The notes beneath the pieces are model-generated. The model did not search any database and was not told the origin of the DNA. It was given only the letters and a program-made list of their open reading frames with translations. The position numbers and the translations under genes are program-made. A DNA stretch of 64,000 nucleotides, from assembly GCA_963833985.1 (NCBI GenBank), contig CAWIAD010000002.1, positions 544,001 through 608,000 on the forward strand, in the 5' to 3' direction. This DNA comes from an uncultured Planctomycetaceae bacterium (GTDB lineage Bacteria; Planctomycetota; Planctomycetia; Isosphaerales; Isosphaeraceae). Position 1 is the first letter of the stretch; each line of letters opens with the position of its first letter. Shown here piece by piece: positions 9,080-19,471 of the stretch.

Positions 9080-10589
9080 TTCTACTGTATCCTGGGGTTG
9101 ACGAACTGTAAGGTTTTTTCTGATATTCGCTTCCGTCAAGGATATTACAAGGAAGCGAGGGCGTCATGGATCGACGATACGAAGCACGGTTGGCTGACAT
9201 GCTGGCACAATCGCAGGTGTCGCCTGACTTGGTCGATGGTCTGCTGGAACGGTTGGACGTCTTCATCGAGCCGTTCGCTGCGACCCTGAGTGAACCTGAA
9301 CAACATCGACATGCAACCGAGTACGTTACCGGTCTGCTGTCGAAGCTTGAGCACAAGACCGGCGAGGGAATCGCTTATCTCCACGATCAAGAACGACAAG
9401 GAATCCAAAAGTTCATCGGGCACGTGCCATGGGATCATCAACCCCTGCTCACGATCCTGGCGCAGCAGGTCGGCGAGCAACTGGGCGAGAAGGATGGGGT
9501 GATTATCTTCGACCCTTCGGGCTTCCCCAAGAAAGGGACTATGTCGGTGGGCGTCGCGCGGCAGTGGTGCGGCCGGCTGGGGAAGGTTGAGAACTGTCAG
9601 GTTGGCGTCTACATGGCTTATGCGTCTAGAAAAGAGCATACGATTACCAATGTAAGGCTTTACTTGCCCAAGGAATGGGCCAAGGATCGCGACCGCCGGA
9701 ACAAGGCTGGCGTTCCCAAGTCCATCAAGTTCCAGACGCGCCATCAGTTGGCCCTGGCGATGCTGGATGAGCAAGGTGGGTTGCTGCCACACGCGTGGGT
9801 GGCGGGGGACGATGAAATGGGCCGTCCCGCGAGTTTTCGCCAGGCGTTGAGGGAGCGGGGGGAGCAGTATCTGTTGGCGGTTCCGTCGAACACGACGATC
9901 CGCGATCTGGAGGCACCGCCACCGGAATATGGGGGGCGGGGTCAACCCCCCAAGGCTCCTTTCATGCGTGTGGATCATTGGCGTGCGGCCCTGCCGGAAT
10001 CGGCGTGGACGAGGCTCGACGTCCGTGATGGCGAGAAGGGACCTTTGGTGGTCGACGCGATCAAGCGGCGCGTCCAATCTCGAGGACCGGGCAATCGTGC
10101 AGGTTTCGAGGAGGTCCTCTTCATCACGCGTGAGCAACAGGCCGATGGAACAGTTAAACATGATTATTATTTATCAAATAGTAAAGCCGAAACTCCGTTG
10201 ATCGAATTTGGCCGGGTGGCCAAACTGGCGCATCGGATCGAGGAGTGCCTGGAGCGGGGCAAAGGGGAGGCGGGCCTGGCCGATTACCAGGTGCGGAACT
10301 GGATCGCCTGGCATCACCATCAAACCTTGTCGCTCGTGGCCGCGTGGTTCCTGAATCAGGAGACGCGGCGGGGAAAAAATACAGACACCGGCATTGACGT
10401 CACCGCGGTTGCGGCAACTGATCGCAGGGATCATCGAGGAACGTCTCAACGTCAACAGCCCCGAGAAGCTCTCCCGGTGCACCACACGTTGGTTGGAACG
10501 CAACGAGCTCGCCCGATTCTTCCAGCATTACTCACGCAAACTCTTACCCCCTTTGAAGAACCAACTACGAACGTAGAGATACAGTAGAA
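9080..10589 (+). mobile_element. IS701-family insertion sequence (1510 bp)
   Basis: Perfect 12-bp terminal IRs TTCTACTGTATC (9080-9091) / GATACAGTAGAA (10578-10589); 4-bp TSD CTAA (9076-9079, 10590-10593); removing it restores GGCCCTAATCAGACACC. Confidence 0.95.
9166..10576 (+). CDS. IS701-family DDE transposase; C-terminus probably reached by a frame change at GGGGAAAAAA (10370-10379)
   Basis: FDPSGFPKKGTMSVGVARQWCGRLGKVENCQVGV, WVAGDDEMG, RIEECLERGKGEAGLADYQVRNW..WHHH; TPALTSPRLR tail lies in another frame ending 10576 (zero frame stops at 10587). Confidence 0.92.
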
Positions 10590-11515
10590 CTAATCAGACA
10601 CCCTAATCAGACACCCTGCAGAATGTGGGTGGCCCCAATCAGACACCGCGGCGCGAGCATCCCGCAGAATGTGGATGGCCCCAATCACGCACCAATCAGA
10701 CGCCAATCAGACGCAGAATGTGGATGGCCCTAATTAGACACCATCGCGGTCCTCGATTCGCGAATTCGGCACCGATGGCCAGTGCTCCGTCGCGTGGAAG
10801 GATTGTCCACGCCCGCGCAGCGAGCCTCCGCACGTTTTTGCTCCTCCAAGTTCGGGTCTGGGATGTCGGGACGCGCCGGGAGTGACTCACCGCCGCGGCG
10901 CGAGCATCCTGCAGAATGTGGGTGGCCCTAATCAGACACCCTCTAATCAGACACCCTGCAGAATGTGGGTGGCCCCAATCAGACACCGCGGCGCGAGCAT
11001 CCCGCAGAATGTGGATGGCCCCAATCACGCACCAATCAGACGCCAATCAGACGCAGAATGTGGATGGCCCTAATTAGACACCATCGCGGTCCTCGATTCG
11101 CGAATTCGGCACCGATGGCCAGTGCTCCGTCGCGTGGAAGGATTGTCCACGCCCGCGCAGCGAGCCTCCGCACGTTTTTGCTCCTCCAAGTTCGGGTCTG
11201 GGATGTCGGGACGCGCCGGGAGTGACTCACCGCCGCGGCGCGAGCATCCTGCAGAATGTGGGTGGCCCTAATCAGACACCCTGCAGAATGTGGGTGGCCC
11301 CAAGCAGAGTGCCAAGCAGAGTGCCAAGCAGAGTGCCAAGCAGAGTGCCAAGCAGAACCGCCCCAAGCAGAGTGCAAACGTTGAGGATGAAGGCAGTGGC
11401 TGCGCTGAAAGTCAGCATGCGATGCAGGCCGGGAGGGCAACCGGTCTCTTCTCTCTTTTGTAATGCCATGAATCTTCAAGAGTTACGTTCACGATGGAGG
11501 GTCCCCAGCCAGGTC

Positions 11516-11531
11516 GGGCATGAAAGCTGCT
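11516..11531 (+). promoter_or_regulatory. Possible sigma54 (-24/-12) promoter upstream of gltB
   Basis: GGGCATGAAAGCTGCT: GG-N10-GC, partial match to TGGCACG-N4-TTGCW. Confidence 0.35.
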
Positions 11532-11657
11532 CTTTCGCCTGCGTTCTGTTCACGGGTCGTTCTCGCAGGTTCGTGCCTTTCACAGCTGAGACTCAGTCAA
11601 GTAGCTTCTTCGCCGCATGACCGGCTCAGCGTTTGAACGGTCAGGCCGGAACTGTCC

Positions 11658-14600
11658 ATGGCACAACTCAAGACTCCGGTTGACTTCGTATCGCTGCCGC
11701 TTGCGAAAGCAGGGCTCTATGACCCGGCTTTCGAGCGAGACTCGTGCGGGGTGGGGTTCGTGGCCGATCTCAGCCGCCGGAAGAGCCACGCGACGATTCA
11801 GAGCGGACTCCAGGTGCTCAAGAACCTGCAACACCGCGGCGCGTGCGGTTGCGATCAGGATACGGGCGACGGCGCGGGCATCCTCATGCAATTGCCCGAC
11901 CATTTCTTTCGAACCGAGAACGTGGCGCTGGCGGACCGGCTGCCCGCCGACGGAGATTATGGCGTGGCATTTGTCTTCCTGCCCCGCGGTGCATCCCAGC
12001 GCCTGATCTGCCATCGGACGCTGGAGGCGATTGTGGCCGCCGAGGGACAGAACATTCTGGGATGGCGTGACGTCCCCGTTGTCTCCTCGTCGATCGGCTG
12101 GCTGGCGCGCTCGCAAGAACCGGTGATGGAGCAGTTATTCATCGGCCGTGGCGAGGGGACGGCCGCGGGGGACGCGTTCGAGCGGAAACTCTATCTGATT
12201 CGCCGCCAGGCCGAGAAGTGGGCCTACTCGGAAAGCATCGGCAACGATGCCCTCGGTTTCGCGATCGCCAGTTGCAGCGCACGCACGATCGTCTACAAGG
12301 GCATGCTCAAGCCGGATCAGTTGCCGGTCTATTTTCCGGACCTGGGCGACTCCCGAATGGAATCGGCCCTGGCCCTGGTGCACAGCCGGTACAGCACCAA
12401 TACGTTTCCGCGGTGGGGGCTGGCACAGCCCTTCCACCTGCTGGCGCACAATGGAGAGATCAATACCCTTCAGGGCAACCTGCACTGGATGCAGGCGCGC
12501 CAGTCCCGGATGAAAAGCCGTGTGCTGGGCGCCGATCTGGAGAAGACCCTGCCACTCGAGTTCGAGGGCATGAGCGACTCGGCGGCCGTTGACCAGGTGC
12601 TTGCACTCCTGGTCCACTCGGGCCGTAGCCTTCCCCATGCGCTCATGATGCTCGTGCCCGAAGCCTACGAGGCAGACCGCTTCATCGACCCGGCCCGCCG
12701 CGCCTTCTACCAGTACCACAGCGGCCTGATGGAGCCCTGGGATGGGCCGGCCAGCCTGGTGTTCTGTGACGGCGTCCGGATCGGGGCCATGCTCGACCGC
12801 AATGGGCTGCGGCCCGGCCGCTACGCCGTCACGCACGATAACCTGGTGGTCCTGGCCAGCGAAGCCGGCGTACTGCCGATCCCGCCCGAGGCAATCCGGC
12901 TCTCGGGACGGCTGCAACCGGGAACGATCTTCCTGGTCGACCTCGCCGCGGGGCAGATCGTCGGCGATGCCGAGCTCAAAGAGTCGATCTGTCGCGCTCA
13001 GCCTTATGGACTGTGGCTGGAAAAGCACCAGGTCCACCTGGCGGACCTGCCCGCGCCGGCCGATGTCCCCGCGGCCGATCTCGAGACGCTGCTCGCCCGC
13101 CAGCAGGCCTTTGGCTACACCCAGGAGGATATCACGCGCATCCTGCTGCCCATGGCCCAGGACGGCAAGGAGCCGGTCTCGAGCATGGGCACCGACATCC
13201 CGCTGGCCGTGCTCAGCCGGCGCAGTCAGATCCTCCCCAATTACTTCAAGCAGCTCTTTGCTCAGGTCACGAATCCGCCCATTGATCCGATCCGCGAGAA
13301 GATCGTCATGAGCACCGAGACTCTCCTGGGTTCCGAGCAGAACCTGCTCGAGGAATCCCCGGAGCATGCTCGGCTCTTGCGTCTCAAGTCGCCCACGCTC
13401 AGCAACGCCGAACTGGCACAAGTGCGAGCCATGCGGTCGGTGGGCTTTCGGCCCCAGACGCTGTCCATCCTCTTCGACCGCAGCGCGGGCGAGGCTGATC
13501 TGGCGCCGGCGCTCGATCGCCTCTGTGCCACGGCCTTGCAGGCGGTCGACCGGGGTGCCACGATCCTCATCCTCTCGGATCGCGGCGTGAATGCCGACCA
13601 GGTGCCGATTCCCCCGCTGCTGGCAACGGCTGCCGTGCACCACCATCTCATTCGCAAGGGCCAGCGCACCCGCTGCGGGATCGTGGTCGAAACCGGCGAG
13701 GCGCGGGAGATTCACCACTTCGCGCTTTTGATCGGCTATGGCGCGGGGGCCGTGAACCCGTACCTCGTCGCCGAGACCTTCGAGGGCCTGGCGCGCGAGC
13801 AGTTGCTCCTGGAGGCTCAAGGCGCACCGCTGGAGCCCGGTCAGGCGTTGAAGAACTACACGAAAGCCATCGACGCGGGGTTGCTGAAGATCTTCAGCAA
13901 GATGGGCATCAGCACTCTGCTGAGCTATCGCGGTGCCCAGGTATTCGAGGCCATCGGCCTGAACCAGGCGGTCATTGACCAGTATTTCCCGGGCACGCCC
14001 AGCCGGATCGGTGGCATTGGACTGGAGATCATCGCGCGGGAGGTGCTGCAGCGTGTCGAGGTGGCGTTCCCGGGCGCGGCCGGTCCCGAGATCCCGCAGC
14101 TCGATCCCGGCGGTGAGGTCATGTGGCGGCGCCGGGGCGAGCACCACATGTGGAACCCCGAGACGATCCAGAAACTCCAGCACGCCCTCAAGAAGCAGGA
14201 GTTTTCCAGCTACAAGGAGTTTGCGGCCGCCAGCAACGACGAGAGCCGGCAGTTCTGCACGCTCCGCGGTCTGCTGGAGATCAAGCCCGCGCGCAAGCCA
14301 ATCCCGCTGGAGATCGTCGAGCCCGCCGCGGAGATCGTCAAGCGGTTCTGCACCGGCGCGATGAGCTTCGGCAGCATCAGCAAGGAGGCCCATGAATCGC
14401 TCGCCATCGCGATGAACCGGATCGGCGGCCGCAGCAACACGGGCGAAGGAGGTGAGGACCCCGCCCGGTTCCGCCGCGACGCCAACGGCGACTCTCGCAA
14501 CAGTGCCATCAAGCAGGTGGCCAGCGGGCGCTTCGGCGTCACCGCCCACTACCTGGCCAGTGCCCTGGAGATCCAGATCAAGATGGCCCAGGGGGCCAAG

Positions 14601-16240
14601 CCGGGCGAAGGAGGTCAGTTACCCGGCCACAAGGTGGACAGCTTCATCGCCAAGACACGGCACAGCACACCGGGGGTGGGACTGATCTCGCCTCCCCCCC
14701 ACCACGACATTTACTCGATCGAGGACCTGGCACAACTGATCTTCGATCTCAAGAACGCGAACCCGCACGCGGAGGTTTCGGTCAAGCTGGTGGCGGCCGC
14801 CGGCGTGGGAACCATCGCCACGGGAGTCGCCAAGGGATACGCTGACCGCATTCTCATCAGTGGCGACGGCGGCGGTACGGGAGCCTCGCCGCTTTCGAGC
14901 ATTCGCCACGCAGGTGTTCCCTGGGAGCTCGGCCTGGCCGAGACCCAGCAGACTCTCGTGCGCAACGGGCTGCGGGGCCGGGTCAGGCTCCAGACCGACG
15001 GCCAGATCAAGACCGGACGCGACGTCATCGTGGCCGCCTGCCTGGCGCAGAGGAATACGGCTTCGCCACGGCGCCGTTGATCGCCATGGGCTGCGTGATG
15101 ATGCGGAAGTGCCACCTGAACACTTGCCCGGTGGGCATCGCCACGCAGGACCCGGTGCTTCGCGCGCAGTTCTCCGGAACGCCCGAGCAGGTGGTCAACT
15201 ACTTCTTCTTCGTGGCCGAGGAAGTGCGGGAACAGCTCAGCGTCATGGGCTTTCGCACGCTCGACGAGATTGTCGGCCGGGCGGACCTGCTCGTTCCGGC
15301 CGACCGCCAGCAGCACTGGAAAGCCAAGCACCTCAATCTCCAGGCCATCCTCGAGGTCCCCAAGGTTCCCCATGGAACGCCGGTCCGTCGCGTCGAGCGC
15401 CAGCCCGACGTGCTGGCTGACCAGCTCGACTGGGAACTGCTGCGTCTCTGCACCGATGCCGTGGAGCACCAGAAGCGCGTCCAGCGGTCGCTGTTGATCT
15501 CCAACCGCAATCGGACGGTGGGCACCCTGCTCAGCTACTTCGTCACCAAGAAGTACGGCGAGCACGGGCTGCGCGAGGACACGATCGACATCCAGTTCAC
15601 CGGCAGCGCGGGGCAGAGCTTCGGGGCGTTCCTGACCCGGGGTATCACCTTGCGTATTCGAGGCGACGCCAACGATTACGCGGGCAAGGGGCTCTCGGGA
15701 GGAAAACTCGTGGTCGCCCCGCCCGCGCAGGCTGGTTTCACCGGCGGTCAGAACGTGATCGTGGGTAACGTTGCGCTCTACGGCGCAACCGCTGGCGAGG
15801 CTTTCTTCCGGGGCTGCGCCGGCGAGCGGTTCGCGGTTCGAAACAGCGGGGCCAAGGCCGTCGTCGAGGGCGTGGGCGACCACGCCTGCGAGTACATGAC
15901 CGGCGGCGTCGTGGTCGTCCTGGGCGAGACCGGCCGGAACTTCGCCGCGGGCATGAGTGGCGGTTACGCGTTCGTGCACGACCCCGCGGGCCGCTTCCGT
16001 GATCGCTGCAACCTCGAGATGGTCGATCTTGTCGCGGTCGATGATTACAAGGACGTGGGCTTGCTGAGCAACCTCATCAACCGCCACGTGCTCTACACCG
16101 GCTCGGACATCGGCAACGAGATCGTCAACGACTTCTCCAATGCCCTGGGAGCTTTCATCAAGGTCCTTCCCCGCGATTACAAGCGGGTTCTGGAGCAGAA
16201 CAAGATCGTCCAGAGGCAATGGGAGCTGATCAATGGCTGA
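11658..16240 (+). CDS. gltB: Glutamate synthase large subunit (one frameshift near 15045, likely sequencing error)
   Basis: DSCGVGF N-terminal Cys, [68 protein letters not shown], then [15 protein letters not shown] and GltB C-terminal domain in the next frame. Confidence 0.97.
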
Positions 16241-16296
16241 GCGAACGCCCTCACTGGACGCAGCGCTCCCCGTCGCGGCGGTGCTGGAGGGCGCAC

Positions 16297-17790
16297 ATGG
16301 CTGACCCTCGCGGTTTCCTCAACATCGAACAGCAGAAGGCGACGCCTCGTCCCGTTCACCAGAGAATCAAGGATTACCACGAGCTCTACCAGCCGATGCC
16401 CGTGGAAAGCGTGCGTGCCCAGGCCTCGCGGTGCATGGACTGCGGGGTGCCGTTCTGTCATAGCGGCTGCCCGCTGGGGAACGTGATACCAGACTGGAAC
16501 GAACTGGTGCATCGCAATCGCTGGCAGGAGGCTTTGCGGGCGCTGCATGACACGAATAACTTTCCCGAGTTCACCGGCAAAACCTGCCCCGCACCCTGCG
16601 AGGCGTCGTGTGTGCTGGCCCAGGCCGGCGCCACCGTGACCATCAAGGACATCGAGGCGGCGATCGTCGACCGCGGCTGGGAGATGGGCTGGATCACCCC
16701 CAGGCCGCCGGATCGGGAGACGGGCAAGACTGTCGCCATCATCGGCAGCGGGCCCGCCGGCCTGGCCGCGGCGCAGCAACTGCGCCGCGCGGGCCACGCG
16801 GTGACTGTCTATGAGCGCGATGATCGTGCCGGAGGCCTGCTCGCCTACGGCATCCCGGACTTCAAGATGGCCAAGGTGTACGTCGAGCGGCGGATCACGC
16901 AGCTCGAGGAAGAGGGGGTACGGTTCATGCTCAGGGCCGAGGTCGGTACGACGATCGACCCCCTCGAGCTGCGTTCCCGTCACGACGCCATGCTGATGAC
17001 CGTCGGCGCCACCGTGTCGCGCGATCTCGAGATCCCCGGCCGGCAGCTCAGGGGCATCGAGCTGGCGATGCCGTTTCTCACCCAACAGAACCGCCGCAAC
17101 CTCGGGGCTCTGAACGGCGAGACGCCGATCATGGCCACCGGGAAGAACGTCATCGTCATCGGCGGCGGCGACACGGCCGCGGATTGCCTGGGAACATGCC
17201 ACCGCCAGCAGGCCCGCTCGGTGACACAGCTCGACTACAACCCGCGACCACCCGAGGGCGAGAACCCCGACACTCCCTGGCCGCTCTGGCCCAAGGTGCT
17301 GCGAGTCACGCCGGCCCATGAAGAGGGCGGCAAGCGAGACTGGCAAATCCGGACCAAGGCGTTCATCGGCGATGATCGGGGCCACGTCAAGCAGCTGCAC
17401 GCCGTCCGTGTGTTCCAGTACTTTGATGAGGCCGGAGAGCGGCAGTTCGAGGAGGTCCACGGCTCGGAGCTGACCTTTCCCTGCGAGCTGGTCCTCCTGG
17501 CCATTGGCTTCTCCGGCCCCGAGAACCGGCTGCCCCGGGCTCTGGGCCTGGCACTCACCGAGCAGGGGGCTATTAGATGTAACCATCAATATATGACAAG
17601 TCAGAGTGGCGTATTCGCCGCCGGCGACTGCCGCAGAGGCCAGTCGCTGGTCGTGTGGGCAATCGCCGAGGGGCGGGAAGCCGCCCGGCATATCGACCAG
17701 TACATCATGGGTCAGCAGAGCCAGTTGCGAGCCCGCGATCGATCACTGGTCCAGATCGAGCCCCTGCCCGCGGCTACGCCGGGCGCCTGA
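16297..17790 (+). CDS. gltD: Glutamate synthase small (beta) subunit
   Basis: [73 protein letters not shown]. Confidence 0.97.
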   Translation: MADPRGFLNIEQQKATPRPVHQRIKDYHELYQPMPVESVRAQASRCMDCGVPFCHSGCPLGNVIPDWNELVHRNRWQEALRALHDTNNFPEFTGKTCPAPCEASCVLAQAGATVTIKDIEAAIVDRGWEMGWITPRPPDRETGKTVAIIGSGPAGLAAAQQLRRAGHAVTVYERDDRAGGLLAYGIPDFKMAKVYVERRITQLEEEGVRFMLRAEVGTTIDPLELRSRHDAMLMTVGATVSRDLEIPGRQLRGIELAMPFLTQQNRRNLGALNGETPIMATGKNVIVIGGGDTAADCLGTCHRQQARSVTQLDYNPRPPEGENPDTPWPLWPKVLRVTPAHEEGGKRDWQIRTKAFIGDDRGHVKQLHAVRVFQYFDEAGERQFEEVHGSELTFPCELVLLAIGFSGPENRLPRALGLALTEQGAIRCNHQYMTSQSGVFAAGDCRRGQSLVVWAIAEGREAARHIDQYIMGQQSQLRARDRSLVQIEPLPAATPGA

Positions 17791-18001
17791 GTGGCGGTGC
17801 CGTCAGATTCGATTCGACCCCGTTTCCCAGCCATGGTAAGGTGTATTGTTTGATTCCTGCCGCCCTCGGAGCCGAGGGTCTCCACAGAGATCCCGCAGTT
17901 CCGGTCCAGCCGGCAGAACGCCAGAACGGCGGAGGTGACTCAGATGTCTCCCGGTCCCATGCTCCAGACTCAGAGACTCCGCCACGGGCCAGACCCAGGA
18001 C

Positions 18002-19471
18002 ATGCCCGCGCTCGAGCCCGGACCGCTGCTCTTCGAGGACTACACCCTCAATCCCAAAGCCTGGGACGAACTCTTTGCAGCGCCCGGGCAGAGCCACCCG
18101 TACTGCAAGGTGCTGCTCGATCGACTGGGCGGTCTGAGCGTTCAGGAATTCCTCCAGCGGCGGAGCCTGGCGGACCTGGTGTTCATCAACAATGGCATCA
18201 CCTTCTCGGTCTACTCGGATCGGCGAGGCACCGAGAAGATCTTCCCGTTCGACCTGATTCCACGCCCCGTCAGCGGCAAGGAATGGGACCTGCTCGAGGC
18301 CGGGCTGGTCCAGCGCATCCGCGCGCTGAACATCTTTCTGGATGACGTCTACCACGATCAGCGGATTCTCAAGGAAGGGGTGATTCCCGCCGATCTGGTG
18401 CTTGAATCCAAGGGCTTTCGCCCCGAGATGATCGGCTTCTCGCCGCCGGGCAAGCAATACGTGCATGTAGTGGGAACGGACCTGGTGCGCGACCAGAAGG
18501 GCGAGTTCCTGGTGCTCGAGGACAACGGCCGGTGTCCGTCCGGCGTGAGCTACGTGATCGAGAACCGGGTGGTGATGAAGAAGGTTTTTCCCCAGCTCTT
18601 CCAGCAGTGCCGGGTGCGCAGGGTGGAGGATTATCCCCGCCACCTCTGGGAAGCGCTCAGCTCGGTGGCGCCGCCGGGCGCCGAGGATCCTCCCACCATC
18701 GTGCTGCTCTCGCCGGGACCTTACAACTCGGCCTACTTCGAGCACTGCTTCCTGGCCCGCCACATGGGTATCGAGCTGGTCTTCGGCCAGGACCTCTTCG
18801 TGCACGAGGAGCAGGTCTACCTGCGCACCACGCGCGGGCCCGAACGAGTGGACGTGATCTATCGCCGGCTCGATGACGACTTTCTCGACCCCCACTGTTT
18901 CCGTGCCGATTCGATGCTCGGCGTTCCCGACCTGATGAAGGCCTATCGCGCAGGGAACGTGACGCTGGCCAACGCCGTCGGCACGGGCGTCGCCGACGAC
19001 AAGGCCATATATCCTTTCGTCGAGGACATGATCCGCTTCTATATGAGTGAAGAGCCCATCCTTAGAAACGTGCCCACGTACATCTGCGCCCGGCCGGCAG
19101 ACCTGGCCTATGTGCTGGAGCACCTTTCCGAGCTGGTGGTCAAGTCGGTGAACGAATCGGGCGGATACGGCATGCTCATGGGCCCGTGGGCGACGTCGCA
19201 GCAGTGCGCCGAGTTCGCCGAGAAACTGCGCACGAACCCGCGCAACTTCATCGCCCAACCGGTGGTCACGCTCTCCACCAGCCCCACCTGGACCGAGGAC
19301 GGCCTGGCCCCGCGGCACGTCGACCTGCGGCCGTACATCGTCAGCGGCAGGTCCACCTGGGTCCTGCCCGGCGGGCTCACGCGCACGGCGCTGGTGAAGG
19401 GCTCGCTAGTGGTCAATTCCAGCCAGGGCGGTGGCAGCAAGGATACCTGGGTAATGGAGAACGGCCGATGA
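18002..19471 (+). CDS. Circularly permuted type 2 ATP-grasp protein
   Basis: GITFSVY, FPFDLIPR, VLEDN.RCPSGVSY, LSPGPYNSAYFEH, DVIYRRLDDDFLDP, RHVDLRPY, PGGLTR, VVNSSQGGGSKDTWV. Confidence 0.93.
   Translation: MPALEPGPLLFEDYTLNPKAWDELFAAPGQSHPYCKVLLDRLGGLSVQEFLQRRSLADLVFINNGITFSVYSDRRGTEKIFPFDLIPRPVSGKEWDLLEAGLVQRIRALNIFLDDVYHDQRILKEGVIPADLVLESKGFRPEMIGFSPPGKQYVHVVGTDLVRDQKGEFLVLEDNGRCPSGVSYVIENRVVMKKVFPQLFQQCRVRRVEDYPRHLWEALSSVAPPGAEDPPTIVLLSPGPYNSAYFEHCFLARHMGIELVFGQDLFVHEEQVYLRTTRGPERVDVIYRRLDDDFLDPHCFRADSMLGVPDLMKAYRAGNVTLANAVGTGVADDKAIYPFVEDMIRFYMSEEPILRNVPTYICARPADLAYVLEHLSELVVKSVNESGGYGMLMGPWATSQQCAEFAEKLRTNPRNFIAQPVVTLSTSPTWTEDGLAPRHVDLRPYIVSGRSTWVLPGGLTRTALVKGSLVVNSSQGGGSKDTWVMENGR

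Larger units (their letters stand above)
8888..11375 (+). repeat. Right end-repeat array of the RAYT-like element: three tandem ~340-bp units (first interrupted by IS701) and a terminal 12-mer tandem repeat
   Basis: Units start ACCATCGCGGTCCTCG at 8888, 10740 and 11080; GCAGAATGTGGRTGGCCC occurs at 9059, 10618, 10664, 10713, 10911, 10958, 11004, 11053, 11251 and 11283; CAAGCAGAGTGC x4 at 11301-11348 and again at 11364. Confidence 0.95.

Noticed and set aside
10625..11620. Short ORFs in the right repeat array (e.g. MGGPNQTP…, RVPS and AWHS repeats)
   Set aside because: They are translations of the non-coding repeats, appear in several frames and have no recognisable domain.
11658..16240. gltB, kdsD and other split genes as true pseudogenes or programmed frameshifts
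   Set aside because: Single 1-2-bp indels in otherwise intact genes, without in-frame stops or slippery sites, are better explained as sequencing errors.
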